Notes under the pieces: generated by a model | Told to the model about the DNA's origin: nothing | Databases searched by the model: none | Seen by the model: only the letters and a program-made list of their open reading frames with translations | Made by a program: the position numbers and the translations under genes | Assembly (NCBI RefSeq): GCF_016432865.1 | Contig: NC_067402.1 | Coordinates: forward strand, 16,306,001 to 16,370,000 | Direction of reading: 5' to 3' | Length of the DNA: 64,000 nt | Origin: Antechinus flavipes | Taxonomy: Eukaryota | Shown here: one piece after another, positions 60,818 through 64,000 of the stretch | How the letters are laid out: every line of letters starts with the position of its first letter | Numbering within the stretch: the stretch's first letter is position 1

Positions 60818-61111
60818 TAGGTAGTTTGGAAATCAGATAGGTAGTACAGCTCATTGCTGGAGTGTAGTGGTTGTCTAGGTGTGTGTGTATTTGTGTAATT
60901 GTGTTTTTGTGAGTTGTCAGAACGTCTCCTCCTTCCCCACCTTTGCTCTTATTGCCCTTTCAGGAAGGAAAATGAAAGAGACGATTCTGAATTGTGAAAC
61001 GGAAGCCCCCAGAGCTCTGGGTTGGCATAATTAGGTAGTTTGGTGGGCGCTTGGACGCCCTTGCCCTCTTCATCAGGGGGGTGACCGAGCCCAAGGACTC
61101 TGTTAGGTAGT
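60818..61111 (-). other. Four miR-196 8mer seed matches in the HOXA7 3' UTR
   Basis: Plus-strand TAGGTAGT at 60818-60825, 60838-60845, 61032-61039 and 61104-61111. Confidence 0.85.
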
Positions 61112-61547
61112 TTCTCTGAGCGCCAGCGCTGTGTACCCGTCGGGATCCCTCGGCCAGGGGTAGGGATAGCAGCCACGGGGCCGAGGGCACCGACTTGGCA
61201 GGGGGGCCCGGGCCTGTGCGGGCTCAGGGTAGAGGAACTCAGCTAGGAAACTCCAAGGGACCCAGGGAGGAGAAAGAGGGGGCAGGGGAAGGGAAGAGGA
61301 AGAATAGACTAGATACCTCGGCCTTCCTGGATACCTCAGCACCGCCAGTCTTAGGAGCTGAGCTAGAAGGGAGGAAGGTTTGGGGGTGGGGTGGGGGTGA
61401 GGATTGACTGGGGAAGATTTTTTTTTTTCTTTTTCTTTTTTAAAAATAAAACGGATAAGTCTCTTAAAGACGCTTTTCCGACTGTCACGTGCATCTCTCA
61501 GACTCCACAGCTCGGCTGGGCGGCTCGGGCTTCTTTCAGCTCCAGCC

Positions 61548-61898
<351 letters not shown>

Positions 61899-62704
61899 TT
61901 AGCCGGGGAGCAAGAGCACAAGTTCCTTATTTCCCCCAGGCGCCCAGACCCTTTAGCCCCCACCCCCTCTTTCTCTCGCCTCTCCCGCCGGGCTACTCGA
62001 CCTCCCTCCCCTCCCCCCCAGCCCCAGTCCCAGCCAGTTCTCCAATTACTGCTACCCCCACTTGTCTATGAAGTTGGGGAGGGTGTCTGGATAATAAGAG
62101 ATTTTTAAAAACAGATCTTTATGGGGGTGGGGGTGGGGTGGGGGAGGAAACATCAAGTCCCTGCCAAACTTTAGAAGGCTTTTTTTTTCTTCCAGCCGGC
62201 TAAGTTTCCACAATGCCTGTTCTGACAAAGGGAAGTTAGCAATATAGACTGGGGGCAAGTTAGGGGAGTTTATCTGCTTTTCCAGTCGAAGAGAGGCCCA
62301 GCAGCAGCTACCCGGAGCCAATGCACATATCTGACGGTTACTGCCTTGGACGTCTTCTCCCTTCCCTCCTGGACCCACAATCGTGCCCAACTCCCAAAGC
62401 AGCTTCCCTGGGCGAGTGGGCATCTCTCCCCACTCCAGATCGCCTTGGACCCCATGTCTTCTTGTCCCTCACCAGTACTCCCTTGTTCCCCTTCGCCTCC
62501 TTCTTCCCCTAATCCTCCTGGAACCTTTCCCCCCAAATCTCCCCGAGCTCCAGGTGGTGTGGGCGGGGGAGGGGCGAGGGTGGCTCAGGAGCTCTCCTCT
62601 CTCCGTGAAGGAAGAAAAAGAAAAAGAGAGGGGGGGGCGGAAGGGAAAAGAAAAGAAAATGGCGATCGAATACACTTAATGTTAAAAATTCCAAAGCAAA
62701 CGGA

Positions 62705-62770
62705 GTTAAATAAATTTACGAGGATAGAACCCATTAATTGGGCAATAAAAAGTTTTATGATACTCATTTA
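62705..62770. promoter_or_regulatory. HB1-type homeodomain/Cdx site cluster in the HOXA7 intron
   Basis: TAAATTTACGA, CCATTAATTG, GCAATAAAA and TTTTATGA clustered within about 60 bp, as described for Hox7 introns. Confidence 0.6.
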
Positions 62771-63062
62771 CATACAATGCTACGGGCTCTCTACGCAATG
62801 GCGCCTCTGCTATAATTAAAACCATGGAGGCTGGCTCTGACAGGAGTCACTTTGGCTCCCCGTTTGCCTGCCTGCCTGGCCTCTGTTCTCCAGCCCTGCC
62901 CTGCCCTCTTATCTCCCCCTTCCTGCTTCTCTCTTGCTTGTCCTGTCCCCTTCACTCTCCTGTCCCTTCCTGTCCTGCCCTGTCCTGTCCCTTTCCTCCT
63001 TTTCTGCCCTGCCTGTCCTCCTTTCCTCCTTGTCCTGCCTTCTCGTTCCCCTTTCCCCTCTT

Positions 63063-63195
63063 CTGCCTCCTCTCCTTCCCTTCCAGGCCAGCGCTCTCCT
63101 GTCCTCCCCTGCCCTAGCCAGGGCTCTCCTGTCCTCCCCTGCCCTAGTCAGTGCTCTCCTGTCCTTCCCCTCCAGGCCAGTCGTCTCCTGCCTCC
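63063..63195. repeat. 30-bp-unit minisatellite in the HOXA7 intron
   Basis: Unit GCTCTCCTGTCCTCCCCTGCCCTAGCCAGG starts at 63093, 63123 and (diverged) 63153, with partial copies on both sides. Confidence 0.85.
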
Positions 63196-63237
63196 TCCTC
63201 TCCTCTCTCCTGCTCGCCTCGTGTCCGCTGCCCCTAC

Positions 63238-63613
63238 CTGAAGACCTCATCCAAGGGTATATCCGGAAATTGGTGTCTGCCTGGCTGTGCAGGGCGCTCG
63301 CCTCGGCTTTCTCACAGCTGCCTTTCGCTAGGTCATTGCAGAGGACCGGGATATTCTGGTCGAAGGACGAGCAGTGCAGGTTGTAGGCGTCTGAGCCCAG
63401 GCCGTATCCGGACGAGAAGGGCCCCGGATAAATGGCACTGTTCACATTGTACACGCCGGGCACGGAGGAAGCGAAGGCGCCCGCGCCCGGTCCGTAGCCG
63501 CTTCTCTGAGAGTTGGTGGCAAAGGAGCAAGAAGTCGGCTCTGCATTTTGGAACAGAGAAGCCCCCGCCGTATATTTGCTAAAAAGCGCATTCACATAAT
63601 ACGAAGAACTCAT
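63238..63613 (-). CDS. HOXA7: Homeobox A7, coding exon 1
   Basis: MSSSYYVNALFSKYTAGASLFQNAEPTSCSF...NFRIYPWMRSS. Donor TCAG|GTAGGG at 63238/63237. Exons of 376+305 nt give 226 aa. Confidence 0.98.
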
Positions 63614-63743
63614 AATTTTGACCTGTGATTTGTTGTCCGGCAGGCTCCCGTGTCGGTTTTACGAGGTAGCGTGATATATGGTAACATTACACCCCCAGAT
63701 TTACACCAAACCCCATTTTCTTTTGGACGGAGCTTGCCTCCAG

Positions 63744-63776
63744 CACGTGACCGGTCATATGACGGCCTCCGCCAAT
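63744..63776. promoter_or_regulatory. HOXA7 proximal promoter E-box and CCAAT
   Basis: CACGTG at 63744-63749 and CCAAT at 63772-63776, about 130-160 nt upstream of the ATG. Confidence 0.55.
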
Positions 63777-64000
63777 CTCCTCCTCCATCACAGGTGGTAG
63801 AGCTCAGGGTGACTCCAGCCTCCCTCCTAGCATGGCAGGGGAAGAGGCTCAAACGGGGGAGGGAGTGTGTGCGCGCTCTGGGCTCGTTGCGCCCTGTGCC
63901 CTGCCGAAGCTGTGGCCCCTGGAGGCCAGGGCGCGCGCGCACCCTCGGGCCCCGGGACTCCCTGTACGCTTGCACCCCTGCTAAGGCTAGCCACGGGCAG

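Overview
Vertebrate genomic DNA containing the anterior-to-central HOXA cluster. All Hox genes are on the minus strand, in collinear order: HOXA2, HOXA3, HOXA4, HOXA5, HOXA6, HOXA7. Each has two coding exons joined by a phase-1 GT-AG intron between the YPWM hexapeptide and the homeodomain. The likely HOTAIRM1 lncRNA orthologue lies on the plus strand at the left end. The proteins are amniote-type but differ from what I recall of the human and mouse sequences, so a non-eutherian mammal such as a marsupial is my best guess (not provable here). The window also holds recognisable Hox cis-elements (DR5 RAREs, Pbx/Hox and Meis sites, the Hoxa3 r5/r6 MafB enhancer, HB1 intron elements, a CTCF site 5' of HOXA5), miR-10 and miR-196 seed sites, and many microsatellites. 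I see no confident transposon, rRNA, tRNA, miRNA hairpin or CRISPR array. Twelve N runs sit on regions expected to be highly conserved (including the HOXA4 and HOXA6 start codons) and look like masking rather than assembly gaps. I found no wholly new biological system. The best leads are: a splice-signal chain for a ~49 kb HOXA3 pre-mRNA that skips HOXA6/5/4 and has a uORF-bearing 104-nt exon; a +1 G that changes the HOXA6 C-terminus; a substitution in the Hoxa3 KrA MafB core; an apparent 6-codon deletion in the HOXA2 exonic r2 enhancer; and candidate nuclear-receptor elements (tandem RORE, DR5 plus Meis). All comparisons to other species are from memory and need checking.
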